A DNA stretch of 58,702 nt from a virus. Lineage: Duplodnaviria > Caudoviricetes. A program made the translations under genes and the position numbers. Location of the stretch: positions 1-58,702 of the IMG/VR virus record IMGVR_UViG_3300032243_001266; one strand, written 5' to 3'. Positions 17,401-27,542 of the stretch are shown in pieces. The notes under the pieces are model-generated. The model was given only the letters and a program-made list of their open reading frames with translations, was not told the DNA's origin and made no database searches. The first letter of the stretch is position 1. Each line of letters begins with the position of its first letter.

Positions 17401-20400
17401 TAAAGTTCTTTTTTCTTTATATGCTTCTGCACTAAAATCATTTTCCCTTTTTCTTCTTTGAAGCTCGTCTTTTAATTTATTATATCTTTTAATTCTATTG
17501 ACTGATTCGTTTGCTTTTTTCTTTTCTTTAGACCATATTTCTGATTCTTCTTTTATTTGTTGTTTTAAATCTTTTTCTTCATCTGTTAATTTTCTTTTTT
17601 CAACAGGATTGGTTGTTTTTTCTTGCCTATTTTTTACTCTGTCTAATTCTGCTTTTAATTTAGAAATATTATCTTCAATCTTCCACTTCAATCTTTCATT
17701 TTCAATTTTTTCTCTTAATTCAATTTCTTTGTCAGAATATTCTCTCTTATTTGTTTCGCTTGGCTCTTTTTCTTTTCTTTGTTTTAATCTGTCAAGTTCT
17801 TTTTCTAAATCATCTATTCTTTTCTTCGTTGCCATATTTTCTCTCAAATCCTTTTCGGCTTTTTCAACTTCAGATTTTAAATTTTCAATTTCCGGCGTGT
17901 CTTTTTTTACTTCTCTTTTTTTACCTTCTGGCAATTTGCCAGATTCAAGAATATTCAATTTTTCTTTTAAATCGGAAATCTTTTTCATTTGTCTGTTAAT
18001 TTCCGATTCCAAAGCTTTATAGTCTTTTGAATTTCTTCTTGATTGATCTATTTCTTCATCCCATTTTTTTTGTTCTTCTTCAATTTTAGAAATTAAATCT
18101 TGTTCTTCTTTTGTATATTCTATTTTTTGAGGTTCTTTTTTTTCTTTTTGTTCTTTTTCTCTTCTGAATCTTACTCTGTCTAATTCCGCCTCTAAATTTT
18201 CTATTCTTTCTTGAATCTTTTTTTCGTTTGGAGTAATTTCACCAGATGCAATCCTTGCCTCTTTTACAAGTTTTTGATTTTCTCTTCTAAGCTCATCTCT
18301 TTCTTTTATTAATTTCTGAACTTCTTCAACATTGCCAAATTTTTCTACTCTTTGTTCTGATGGAACTCCGCCCTTTTTTATTTTTTCTTGATAATCTTTT
18401 ATTTGATTTTCTAAATCATTTATTCTTTCTTTTAATTGATCTTCTCTTGATTTGTCCTTTTTACCTTCATCTGCAACTCTTGTTAATGCTGATTCGTATT
18501 CTTTTCTAAATTTTTCCTTATCCCAATTATCTCCTACTTTATCTGATATTTGGTCTATTGCTCTTTGTACTATATCAACAACTCTATCTCCTCCTTTTAC
18601 CGCTAATCTCATTCCTTCTATTACCGGATTCAATACAGATAATGGAATAACAAATCCATATGTGTTATTTGGATTTATTTTTAACTTGTCAAAAAAGTCG
18701 TCAATCTTCTTATCTCTTTTTTTCCTATCAGCCGCTCTTTCTTGCTTTCTTCTTTCTTCAACCTTGGCTTCAAACAATTCTGCTCCACCTTCGGTTTTCA
18801 TCAATTCATCATAAAGCTCATCAATATTTTTAGTTTTCATCCACTCCTCAAATCTTTCCTTAGTAAATTTATTTTCTGCAATTATAAATCCGAGTGGACT
18901 TGTCTTGTAGTAATGTCCTGCATAAGCGGTGAATTGCCCCGCTCCTGTAAGTTGTGCAGAATATTTATCAACCAAATCAGCCCATTGCATAGCAGCATCT
19001 AATTTTTCTGCATCCGTTTTTGCATTTTTCTCTCTATCTGCTGCTCTATCAATTAATTCAGCGTATATAGCAGACCTTACGCTTGGGTGCATATCATCAC
19101 CTTTAGCTATTTCCAATGCTTGATTTTCACCAACTTGATCAACAATACCTACTGCAACTTCTCTTGCTTCAGCATTAGATGCCGTTTTGTAATTAAGATT
19201 ATCGGCAAGTTTTTGTTTTAGATTTGATGGAATGCTTTCGGCTTCCATTATGTTTCTTTTTAATCCAGATTGTCTTTCTGCGTTAGTTCCAGAATATGAT
19301 GGAACATTTGGCGTTTCCGTTGGTGGCTTATTACCTCCTGCTTCAGTAGTCTTTTCCCCAGATAATTGCTTGTAAAATTGCTCAAAACCTTTTTCTACTA
19401 TTTCTCTATTTTCTTCACCTCTTATTGAAACTAATTCGCTTACTGATTCTTTTAAAGCTTCATAGAAATCAACACCCTTATCCAATAATTTACCCATTTT
19501 TACAACGGCGTCTGCAAGCTTTTTTTGTAAATCTTCGGCGGACATTCCAGACTTTTTAACATCTTTCAAAAAATCTGGAGTTTTCAAAAAGTCTGGCAAT
19601 TCAACACCGGCTATTTTTTCAGCTAACTTTCTTGCCTTTTCTTCAAATTTTCCTACTTTTTCTGTTGAAGGCGGAGTTTCTTCTGGCTTTACTTCTGCTT
19701 GGGTTGTTGTTTCTGCGGTTGGCTCTGTTGCTTTTTCCGGGCCACCGACATTTTCCCCAGGAATACCGCTAATTGATTCTTCTGCTTGTCTGTTAACTTT
19801 TTCAATTGTTTCATTTAATATTTTTTCTGCTTTTGGTGATAATGTAAGTAATTCTGGAACAAATCCATATTTATATTCATTTTCTAATTTATTCCAATCA
19901 ATAGAACCATCTTCATTTTGAAATTTTTCCAATATAGAAAGCATTTCTGCTTGAACATCTTCTGGCAAGTTTTCTACTTCTTGCTTTAATTTTTGAGCTG
20001 CATTTTCTCCCATTGAGCTTACTTCATCTGGAGAAAAGTTTTTTTCAAATTCAGCTTCAAGTTCTAAGTGAGGCCTCATTATGTCCTCAATCATTGTTTT
20101 TGGACTACTATGAGAAAGCATTACATCCTCAATGGCATTTCTAAAATCTTGGTCGCTATATCTATCTTGAAAATATTCTGATTGGCTTTCCCATAATTGA
20201 TGAGCAAGTTCTTTTATGCTTGGAGCGCTGTTGTCTTGCATATTTAATCGCGCCTTATGCTCTCCCGTAATTTTTTTCTTGCCTAATACGGCTTCAGCCC
20301 CCGCTTTTCTTCCAAATAATTCTCTTAATGCGCTTGGATTTATTTTGCCTCCTGATATAAAATATTGAAGAACAACAGTAAGCGGGTCCTCTGCTTCTAT

Positions 20401-23400
20401 TGCCAATGCTCTTTTCTTTACATCCTTCTCTACCTTTTCTTCTTTTTGCTCCATTTTTTCTACTTCTCCAAACGGAAGTTCTTCTTCAATAGGTTTTTCC
20501 GCTGTGGGTAAAGTTTCTGGTTTTGCTTCTGCTGGTTGTTCTTTAGATAGTAGGGATTCTACTGCTTTTAACTTATTTCTTGGTCTTTCATAATCTGTTT
20601 TTTCAACTACCTTAATTCCATGTTTTTCTGCTGCTTTTTTAATATCTTTAAGCGATACATGGTATGGAGATGTTACAGGCTCTTGGTCTAATACTTTTTT
20701 ATCTACTTCAATTTGTTTTATATATTTATTCAAATCTTTTATCCCATCATAACCTCCAATCTTTAATTCTTCCTCTCCAACAAAAGTTCCTAAATTCTCG
20801 CTACCTTCTTTTATTTTTATTCCGTCTTTTCTTAATTTTTGTAAGTCTAATTCAATAACTACACCCTTATCTGAAAAAGACAATGGCTTGTTACCTTCCC
20901 CATACTGCTGCACAGTAGATAATTCAGGATGCCCAAGTCCTTTATTTGTTGTAGTGGAAACACCGCTTACTTCTCCTTCCCCATATAAAGAATTTTCATC
21001 AAGAATATTAAGCAATGAAGTTGGGTCTGTAAAGTGGTATGTTGTAGGTGCATTTATATCTCCTTTAAGCCCATAAGAATTTGGTTGATTATCTATCAAA
21101 TCCATTTCTTCTTTTTGCTTTTTACCAAGTTTTCTGCCTTCTGAATCTAAGTTTTTAGAATAAACATAAGCATCCCCCATAGATAACTCACCTTTAGCTG
21201 CTTTATCGTAAAGTTCATTTTGTTCAGCCTTGTGTTTTTCTCTTAAGGCATATCTTAAATCAATCAAATCACTTGGGGCTAATTCCCCTCCATTTTTTAA
21301 ATGGTTTACATACTCGTCTGTATTATTTTTATTAATTATTACATCTCTTAATGCAGTAGGTGTTTGTTCTACCGCCTCATTCTCTTTTGCAATATCTCCC
21401 CCTACACCAACACTACCTGCTTCTGGTTTAGCTTCTGTCTTGGTAACTTCTACTTGTTTTAATAAAGGTGATATTAGCTTATCGTACTTGGCATAAACTT
21501 CATCAAATGCTTTTATATCTTCTGGGTTAGTAAGTTTGCTTCTATCTACTTTGCCATCTACTCTGTATTGTTCTGCGTTTGGTATTCTTGAATCAAGCTC
21601 TGCTTGTTCTTCTGCTCTTAGCCTATCTATTTCTTTTTGATTGGTTGTTTCTGTCTTTGTTTCTAATGGCTTTTCTTCTACAACCTCTGCCTCTATTGTT
21701 TTTGTTGGCAATTCAGCAAGCTTAACTTCAACTACTGCCTCATCACCTATTGGATTTTCTTTTGCATATTTTTTTGCATCTTCTATCAAAGCATCAAATT
21801 GCTTTTCTACCGCTTCTATTTGTAAATCTTTAGGGTCTGCTCCTTGTTCTAATTGTGCTTGAAGGTCATCTATTGTTTTTTCTTTGAGATTCTCAAAATA
21901 TCTTACTGGGTCTGCTTTTATTTGTTGCAGTTGTATTTGAGCTTGAGCCAAATCTTGGGATGCTTGTGAATCTTGTGGATTTTCTTGTAATCTTCTTTGA
22001 GCATCAGCTACTGTATTCTCGTAGTTCTTTATTGATAAATCTACTGATTCGGTAATAACAGGCGCTTCTGATCCAATTTTATTCTTTAATTCATTGACTA
22101 CATCTTGAGGAGTAGTATTTTCATCAACCTCAATACCATTATCCTCTGCCACTTTTTGTACTTCTGGGGTCATTTCTTGAGGAATATCTGTTGATTGTAC
22201 TAAATCAGACGCATCTTTGGTAATAATTGCTGATTCTGATTTCTGATTAGTATATAAGTCAGATATATCTTTATTGATTCCCTCAATTAATTTTTGTATG
22301 CCTGCTATTTGCGAATCTATTCCTTCGTGAAATGCTGGATCTTCAGTTTTCTTTTTCTCCATCAAATCATTCAACTCTTTTGTCAATCCATCCCTTCTTA
22401 TCAAATTAGTTGCAATCTGTATTCTTTTTGGTATGTTGATTACAGATAAAGGTATTTTATAATTGTATGTTGAATACTCGTCTATTATTTTATTTAACGT
22501 TTGTCTTTGGTCTGGGGTTAAACTTTGGTTTGCTTTATTTTTGATATCCTCCCTAAGTTTATTTAATGCTTCTGGAGTATCAGCTTGCATCACCTTTGTT
22601 TTCAATTCTGATTGAACCTTATTAAATGACGCAGGACCAGCACCGGTTAAAACTCCCATCAAAGCTCCTTGCCTTGCTTCTCCAAGCATTTCGCCCCATC
22701 CTTCTCCATAAGCTTTTGCATTAAATATATCATTGAATTTAGTAGGCAATTTAAAACTTGGTGTTTCAAAAACATTTCTGCCAACACTATCATTCAATAG
22801 CTTTTTTAATAACTTATCATTTGCAGACATGGCTAATCCAAAAGTAGCTCCTGTACCAGCATGACTTGCCAATGTAAGAGCTTTAGTTTTTATGCTATTA
22901 AGTTCTGATGTAGCCAACTTCTCAAAAGTCAAAGGAGTAAGAAGTATGTTATTTGCTTCGGCTTTTTTTATTGTATTTATTGTAGTATTTACAGCCAATT
23001 TATTACTTGCATTACCAAATATTTTATCTATGCCCATTTTTGCTATAAGGCCTTGCATGATACCATTGTTATATGCAAAAACTAATTTTTGATATTCGGG
23101 CAAATTCTTTCCTTCTGGTGTGCTATTTATAGAATCCATTCCGTTTGCATATCCTTGAGCCATAAATCCGACTGGCACACCGGACACATTAACTAAAGCG
23201 GCTGGTAGCATATTTGCAACAGCTCCCGCTGCGCTTAAAATATAATCATCAGCAAATCTTTTTTCATCACCATGCAAATTAAATGTCAATCCTTCCCTTG
23301 CATCATTTTTTAGCCAATTGGAAATTGTTCTGTCTGTTTTTTGGTCAGAAAAAATATTGATAATTCCAGAAGGCAAATCTTCGCCAACCACGCTATAAAG

Positions 23401-25437
23401 GCCGCCAACCATTTGAGTAAGCCCACCCCAAGCATTATTCCACAAATATCCTACTGCGTTTGATGCTGTTTCTGGATTCAATATATCCGAAATACCCTCA
23501 AATCCAGATTTTTCAAATTGCGGAGGAATTGAGGATAACATTTGAGCAAAAACAGCGCCCTTGAATTTTCTATCGTACTCTTCGTTTTGTCTTTGAATTT
23601 CTACTTTATCAAGTTCTCCTTGTTCTTGCTTTATTCTTAAATAGTTTCCAGGATCTGATATAAATTTATTTATCTCTTTCTTGCCTTCGTCTGTAAATTC
23701 AGTACTCTTTTTCATTATAGTACCGCTTGGTTTGAGATATTTTTCAAACTGAGGCAAATCTGCAAATGCAGAATAATCTCCCTTTAATGCAGCCAATTGT
23801 ATTCCTTGGTAAGTTCTTAAAGGAACACCCATTCTACTTGCGTTCTCTTTTTGTTGAGTCGCATCCATAGCCCCCAAATAAGGCATGGTATCGTACTTCT
23901 TTTGTTCTTCTTCTGTTATTTTAAATTTCTGTAAGCCATTTTTAGTTGGCCTGTATTCATATCCTTTGTCTAAATTAGGTTGCCCAAACTTATTTTTATT
24001 ATACTTGTATTTTATGTAAGTATCAAAATCCCATCCCATAGGGCGACCATTCTTTTCGTAGTCGCCTTTTTCTTTATTAAATATTGCGTATTGGTCTTTT
24101 ATGCCTCCAACTTGCGTATTTATCTTTATGGACAAGTCATTAAGACTATTAATGTTGCTTGGATCAAAATTCTTTACACCAACTGTATTAGCAACATCTT
24201 GAAGATTTTTTGCAAACTTTATCTTAAAATATTGTGGCTTTAATGCGTTTATTATTTTAGTGTCCTGTATTCCATTCCCAACATATTCTGATTCATTTTG
24301 AATTACTCCTTTATCAACAGCAAGTTTTGCAATACTTTGCTTGTCGGAAGGAAGCCCTATTGTCTTAAATACATCCGTAACACTTGTTGGCATTGATACC
24401 GGCTTTATATACTGCATATTTTCATAAAGACTCTGTATCTTATTTGTCTTTGTTCTTAATGCCTCTGCAAGCTCTCCTAATGATTTATAATCTTGTAAAT
24501 TAAAATTCTGTATGCCAAATGTTTGCGCCTCTTTGTTGAGTACGTCTGTAAGTTTTTGTTTTGCTTCTGGAGTTGAAAAATCAGCCACATCAAGATTGCC
24601 AAAAGTCACCGCATAATTAACTAAATCTTGAATATCTTTTTTAGAACCTAATTTAGTTTTTGCATCATCAAGCAATTGTTTTTTTGATTGCAAAGAGCCA
24701 TCATATTGGAGATTATTGTCTTGGGCGTATTTTTGCAAACCTTGATCATCATTGGTATAATTCAATTGCTTTATATTGCCACCAAGCTCATAATCAGTTT
24801 TGGCATAATCAAGAAGCTCTTTATTCTTATTATCAGAAAAATCATAGCCTTGTATGCCATACTTTTCGGCTAATTGTTGTCTTGATTGCTTATCGTATGG
24901 AAGCTTTTTAGATGCTAACCAATCAACGAGGTTTTGAGGAGGTTCTGGCTCTGGCGTAGGTTCACTAACGACCTTTGTTTCTTGTATATTTGTTGTGGAT
25001 GGAGATGGAGATACGCCATCCTGTGAGCCATTTGTAGCAATGAGTAAAGAAGGGGATGGACTTTTTTTTTCAACGATAGTTAATTTCCCATTGGAAATTC
25101 CGTTTTCAATTCTATCAGTATCATATCCCGCAGTCATTAAATCTTTGTAATTAAATACTCTGCCGTCTGCTGATTTATATTGTTGGTCATGGTCCGTAAT
25201 ATCGCCTACTTCTGTAAGATTGCCATTGTCTATGCCGGATTGTATTCTTTCGGGAGTATATGAGGCATCCATCAATTGCTTCATTGAAAATAACCTACCA
25301 TCCTTTGCTTTTAATATAGGCTTTTTGGTAGGTTCTGGAGAAGCTATGGGCGCCTCTATTTGAGTTTCAGTAATTGTTTCTTCTTGAGGTATTTCTACTT
25401 GTGGCTCATTAGCCATTGGTTGCATTTCGTTTGCCAT
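14470..25437 (-). CDS. giant internal virion (ejection/cargo) protein with ART-like domain, putative wall-binding repeats and long coiled coil
   Basis: 3655-aa ORF, last of three ejection-type genes after the tail genes; YHFT/VSTT/EEE motif set at ~20600-21045. Confidence 0.75.
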   Translation of the reverse strand: MANEMQPMANEPQVEIPQEETITETQIEAPIASPEPTKKPILKAKDGRLFSMKQLMDASYTPERIQSGIDNGNLTEVGDITDHDQQYKSADGRVFNYKDLMTAGYDTDRIENGISNGKLTIVEKKSPSPSLLIATNGSQDGVSPSPSTTNIQETKVVSEPTPEPEPPQNLVDWLASKKLPYDKQSRQQLAEKYGIQGYDFSDNKNKELLDYAKTDYELGGNIKQLNYTNDDQGLQKYAQDNNLQYDGSLQSKKQLLDDAKTKLGSKKDIQDLVNYAVTFGNLDVADFSTPEAKQKLTDVLNKEAQTFGIQNFNLQDYKSLGELAEALRTKTNKIQSLYENMQYIKPVSMPTSVTDVFKTIGLPSDKQSIAKLAVDKGVIQNESEYVGNGIQDTKIINALKPQYFKIKFAKNLQDVANTVGVKNFDPSNINSLNDLSIKINTQVGGIKDQYAIFNKEKGDYEKNGRPMGWDFDTYIKYKYNKNKFGQPNLDKGYEYRPTKNGLQKFKITEEEQKKYDTMPYLGAMDATQQKENASRMGVPLRTYQGIQLAALKGDYSAFADLPQFEKYLKPSGTIMKKSTEFTDEGKKEINKFISDPGNYLRIKQEQGELDKVEIQRQNEEYDRKFKGAVFAQMLSSIPPQFEKSGFEGISDILNPETASNAVGYLWNNAWGGLTQMVGGLYSVVGEDLPSGIINIFSDQKTDRTISNWLKNDAREGLTFNLHGDEKRFADDYILSAAGAVANMLPAALVNVSGVPVGFMAQGYANGMDSINSTPEGKNLPEYQKLVFAYNNGIMQGLIAKMGIDKIFGNASNKLAVNTTINTIKKAEANNILLTPLTFEKLATSELNSIKTKALTLASHAGTGATFGLAMSANDKLLKKLLNDSVGRNVFETPSFKLPTKFNDIFNAKAYGEGWGEMLGEARQGALMGVLTGAGPASFNKVQSELKTKVMQADTPEALNKLREDIKNKANQSLTPDQRQTLNKIIDEYSTYNYKIPLSVINIPKRIQIATNLIRRDGLTKELNDLMEKKKTEDPAFHEGIDSQIAGIQKLIEGINKDISDLYTNQKSESAIITKDASDLVQSTDIPQEMTPEVQKVAEDNGIEVDENTTPQDVVNELKNKIGSEAPVITESVDLSIKNYENTVADAQRRLQENPQDSQASQDLAQAQIQLQQIKADPVRYFENLKEKTIDDLQAQLEQGADPKDLQIEAVEKQFDALIEDAKKYAKENPIGDEAVVEVKLAELPTKTIEAEVVEEKPLETKTETTNQKEIDRLRAEEQAELDSRIPNAEQYRVDGKVDRSKLTNPEDIKAFDEVYAKYDKLISPLLKQVEVTKTEAKPEAGSVGVGGDIAKENEAVEQTPTALRDVIINKNNTDEYVNHLKNGGELAPSDLIDLRYALREKHKAEQNELYDKAAKGELSMGDAYVYSKNLDSEGRKLGKKQKEEMDLIDNQPNSYGLKGDINAPTTYHFTDPTSLLNILDENSLYGEGEVSGVSTTTNKGLGHPELSTVQQYGEGNKPLSFSDKGVVIELDLQKLRKDGIKIKEGSENLGTFVGEEELKIGGYDGIKDLNKYIKQIEVDKKVLDQEPVTSPYHVSLKDIKKAAEKHGIKVVEKTDYERPRNKLKAVESLLSKEQPAEAKPETLPTAEKPIEEELPFGEVEKMEQKEEKVEKDVKKRALAIEAEDPLTVVLQYFISGGKINPSALRELFGRKAGAEAVLGKKKITGEHKARLNMQDNSAPSIKELAHQLWESQSEYFQDRYSDQDFRNAIEDVMLSHSSPKTMIEDIMRPHLELEAEFEKNFSPDEVSSMGENAAQKLKQEVENLPEDVQAEMLSILEKFQNEDGSIDWNKLENEYKYGFVPELLTLSPKAEKILNETIEKVNRQAEESISGIPGENVGGPEKATEPTAETTTQAEVKPEETPPSTEKVGKFEEKARKLAEKIAGVELPDFLKTPDFLKDVKKSGMSAEDLQKKLADAVVKMGKLLDKGVDFYEALKESVSELVSIRGEENREIVEKGFEQFYKQLSGEKTTEAGGNKPPTETPNVPSYSGTNAERQSGLKRNIMEAESIPSNLKQKLADNLNYKTASNAEAREVAVGIVDQVGENQALEIAKGDDMHPSVRSAIYAELIDRAADREKNAKTDAEKLDAAMQWADLVDKYSAQLTGAGQFTAYAGHYYKTSPLGFIIAENKFTKERFEEWMKTKNIDELYDELMKTEGGAELFEAKVEERRKQERAADRKKRDKKIDDFFDKLKINPNNTYGFVIPLSVLNPVIEGMRLAVKGGDRVVDIVQRAIDQISDKVGDNWDKEKFRKEYESALTRVADEGKKDKSREDQLKERINDLENQIKDYQEKIKKGGVPSEQRVEKFGNVEEVQKLIKERDELRRENQKLVKEARIASGEITPNEKKIQERIENLEAELDRVRFRREKEQKEKKEPQKIEYTKEEQDLISKIEEEQKKWDEEIDQSRRNSKDYKALESEINRQMKKISDLKEKLNILESGKLPEGKKREVKKDTPEIENLKSEVEKAEKDLRENMATKKRIDDLEKELDRLKQRKEKEPSETNKREYSDKEIELREKIENERLKWKIEDNISKLKAELDRVKNRQEKTTNPVEKRKLTDEEKDLKQQIKEESEIWSKEKKKANESVNRIKRYNKLKDELQRRKRENDFSAEAYKEKRTLNEQEQAAKDELDKVKAEYDEAKKQSPEWQKKKAQQFLDEFQRRAKGIDKEKLREIVRRSIKKIAESGGLQKEEFRKIVADVMGFRDLSPDMVTKIEKLTDIINNVAKVEDEMVKDPTRENIDKLRKAKEESVKAEVELLNMLHREADLGGTFASMWKGGLMSIFTLVKNPIQNLAYQAIRFSTSSVKQAAELALYGGSKITNKLGLTGVYKPTTNLAIAQKYYFSGTGGGVRKGFLKFKTGHPGGDFFGTTSYQSSLSPGKALRDYQLWKKGEKFMTTKEVVDAWVRKSWVARQSDFILRALAFGDMPARSGAQWAKAAQIAFQELGFIEENQIQAFIESPFKMAYKKFIADGVEAKDAEAKAKEVENRINEAGSRAVMEQENMLTQMLGGLRKGAKEKGGLAADVVMTTTFPFTKIYSNVMWTGLKLTFPELSLAESANYSRMAFQAARKGDKAKAREYTEKAKDSAATAAVGYGFRYIAAPYLQQNGLVHSSLSADEKRRVMQGERFYSKMNQLNLGKMLGGSDFWVDLGWFGPLGSTMDIETKNVEREKERKSKGEEPGDFPLLDDFQESAMGALNTLAIDNGTSVINAFMSKDKGSNYFTSVANGFGNIMTGGTYAAISKAMLPYEANNNADNAYDKILNNQKQRNAVLRYFAGGPPQRVSMWGEPIKKDVSAMGMVNTLLGFEGGVGDKFGAILFDKYQQTQDDRFFPMPEDNKLKVNGKDVELKTQEKRDLDILIGQNRKKLISPFIYDVVPFYVAEYKFGDDVANDPRYKGKDAEQYFEKIKTDLNDLAKKYKIKDFQVAKSSDRNDLREAANEQDKKIIDAYAEDFNQIKVKKSAKKFTQLNLKQQAEACNQLYQIAREAGYSQFIQVHPEYAQAELFGKERKMKAMETLSKQKNKRLYTKELKLSEFTPDQMLQLEGNGFQGPPPEEKEKPQGNNTTQATSNDSEDAGVNAAAQYILNNNSSQEPED

Positions 25438-26855
25438 TAAATTGATAAATTTAATTTGTCGTTGCTTTGATTTGTAGCTAAATCTTGCTCCACCTTACCG
25501 CTCATTGAAGGTACAAAACTTGTTTTATTTAATTGCTTCTTATTTTTAGCATCTTGTATGGCATCTGGTAGCAAAGTATTTCTATCAACGCTACCTTCTT
25601 CTGTTTGAATAATAACAGGAACGCCATTTTTTACTTGTATTTCAGCTTCGTCAACAAATTGATTGTTAGGTATCTTTTTTATTACTTGTGTGGGTAATTT
25701 ACCTTTTTCAACTTTTACTGTTCCTGTAAACAAATTGCCATTTTTATCTACCCATTTGGTGTTTTTTACAAAAATTCCATCTTTGGGATTTACAACCATA
25801 TCTGAAAATGATTCAAGCGCAGTTGGCAATGTATTAACGTCAATTTTTTCACCTTGGCCTTTTGCATTTGCTACTGCCTTTGCAATTGCTGCCGCATTCT
25901 GTTTGCTTGTTTCTGCTTGAACTTTCATCTTAGCATCTTCATCAATTCTCTTGAATGGTTCTGTTCTTGTTTGAGCCATTGTTTTTATAGCAGTAGCTGC
26001 AAACAAATCTCTATCATCTTGTATATCTGTTCCAAAAACATTCTTATGTATTGCATTTAAGTCATTAAATCCGTTAACATCTCCGGATTTCATTTGGTCA
26101 AATGTTTTGCCATTCAAAAAATTATACTGCAAATCATTATCATTGTCATAAGAATTTTTCATTGCATCGCCATACTTTTGCAATGTTGGCGTATCGTAAG
26201 AAATTTGTTTAGTGCCTTCATAAACAAATTGAGAACCCTTTCTTAATTTCTCTCCTACTATTGTTTCTGATGGCTTATATCCAAACTCATTGAATTTTTT
26301 AGCGTAAAATCCACTTACATCCATTTCTTTTGGCGCTACTTCTATAAGTGAAGTATTGAATGCTTTATATGCAGGATTTTTTATTACTTGTTTTGTTTCT
26401 GGATCAACTGCCCATATTGATTGGGCTGATGCACTATAATCATCGGTAGCTTTTTTCGTCCATCTCTTTTTTACATCTGGGTTGCTTAGTGTTGCTTGTC
26501 CTATTTTAGTATCCGTAGCAAGAGCAGGAGCGCTATCAGACATTATCTGATATGGTACTTGCGCAAGTTGTTCCGCTTGCATTCTAAGTGCCGGATTTTT
26601 TCCGCTTGCCAAAGCTGCGGAATTTTGCATATAAAAGTTCTTGTAATTTTGAACTGCTTGATAAAATGCTGGGGCTTCTTGTGGCCTAACATTCTTATCA
26701 GAAGCCGTTTTTATCATATCCCTATAATACTTATCAAGGGCTTGCTCTTTTGCTTGCTCTTGTGCTTGTCTTTTGACAAGAAAGTTCATCATAGGCGTAG
26801 TGTCTATTCTGAACGCTTCGCCACCATATAAGTCGGATGGATTATATATAGCCAT
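25437..26855 (-). CDS. putative internal virion (ejection) protein
   Basis: 472 aa, A/Q/K-rich helical, coupled to giant gene. Confidence 0.6.
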   Translation of the reverse strand: MAIYNPSDLYGGEAFRIDTTPMMNFLVKRQAQEQAKEQALDKYYRDMIKTASDKNVRPQEAPAFYQAVQNYKNFYMQNSAALASGKNPALRMQAEQLAQVPYQIMSDSAPALATDTKIGQATLSNPDVKKRWTKKATDDYSASAQSIWAVDPETKQVIKNPAYKAFNTSLIEVAPKEMDVSGFYAKKFNEFGYKPSETIVGEKLRKGSQFVYEGTKQISYDTPTLQKYGDAMKNSYDNDNDLQYNFLNGKTFDQMKSGDVNGFNDLNAIHKNVFGTDIQDDRDLFAATAIKTMAQTRTEPFKRIDEDAKMKVQAETSKQNAAAIAKAVANAKGQGEKIDVNTLPTALESFSDMVVNPKDGIFVKNTKWVDKNGNLFTGTVKVEKGKLPTQVIKKIPNNQFVDEAEIQVKNGVPVIIQTEEGSVDRNTLLPDAIQDAKNKKQLNKTSFVPSMSGKVEQDLATNQSNDKLNLSI

Positions 26856-26906
26856 TATTATTTTATTTTATTATCCTAAATATCCTCCTGCCATTAAAAT
26901 TTATTA

Positions 26907-27542
26907 CTATTCGGATGGTTCGTTATTATCAGTATTATCAGTATTATTATTTGTTTTTCCTGTATTTCCTTTTTTCATATATCCCAAAGCAGATGCTCCA
27001 GTTTGCAAACTACCCATTAAATTTTGGAAGCCTGCTTGTTTTTGCTGTGCGGCTTTAGCGGCTTTAGCTGCCAAAAGATTGTATTTAGTTTCCCAGGGCT
27101 GCATTTGATTGATTTGGAATTTACGCATATCTTCTGCTGCCTTTTGAGAAGTTACTTGCCCAAGTCTTGCAAACCTTTGTTCTTTCTGTTGCTCTGCTCC
27201 GGCTAATGCACGAGATGAAGCATCAGTAGAGCCTTGAACCATTGAAGCAATAGCCCCTTGGCCTCCTGGCCTTCCCATGTTTGTTGCTCCAATACCAGTT
27301 GCTAAGTTTCTATTAATAAGATTTTGTTGCTGCTTATACATTGCGCTCTGAGCAGCCGGTGTCATAGCTTGCTGAAGGCTTTGCTGATAATATTGATCCA
27401 ATGCACTACTTCCGCCAAATTTAGGGGCATTAGCTGCGTGCTGCTCAAGTGCTTGTTCCTTCTTTTTTGTTCCGGCAGTTAATATTTGACCAAGGCTACC
27501 AAGCGCTCCTGCGCCGGTTACTGCTATTGTAACATAACTCAT
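26907..27542 (-). CDS. putative internal virion (pilot/ejection) protein
   Basis: A/G/Q-rich with glycine-rich hydrophobic N-terminus (AVTGAGALGSLG). Confidence 0.65.
   Translation of the reverse strand: MSYVTIAVTGAGALGSLGQILTAGTKKKEQALEQHAANAPKFGGSSALDQYYQQSLQQAMTPAAQSAMYKQQQNLINRNLATGIGATNMGRPGGQGAIASMVQGSTDASSRALAGAEQQKEQRFARLGQVTSQKAAEDMRKFQINQMQPWETKYNLLAAKAAKAAQQKQAGFQNLMGSLQTGASALGYMKKGNTGKTNNNTDNTDNNEPSE

Noticed and set aside
14470-25437. Virion RNA polymerase within the giant ORF, as in crAss-like phages
   Set aside because: No DxDxD catalytic motif seen; the nearest, WDFDT at ~24020-24035, lacks the third Asp and context. A profile search is still needed to exclude it fully.
14578-26831. 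Many + strand ORFs antisense to the giant and ejection genes (similar shadows occur over portal, terL and MCP)
   Set aside because: Phe/Ser/Leu-rich mirror translations of K/E-rich real genes, without start context.
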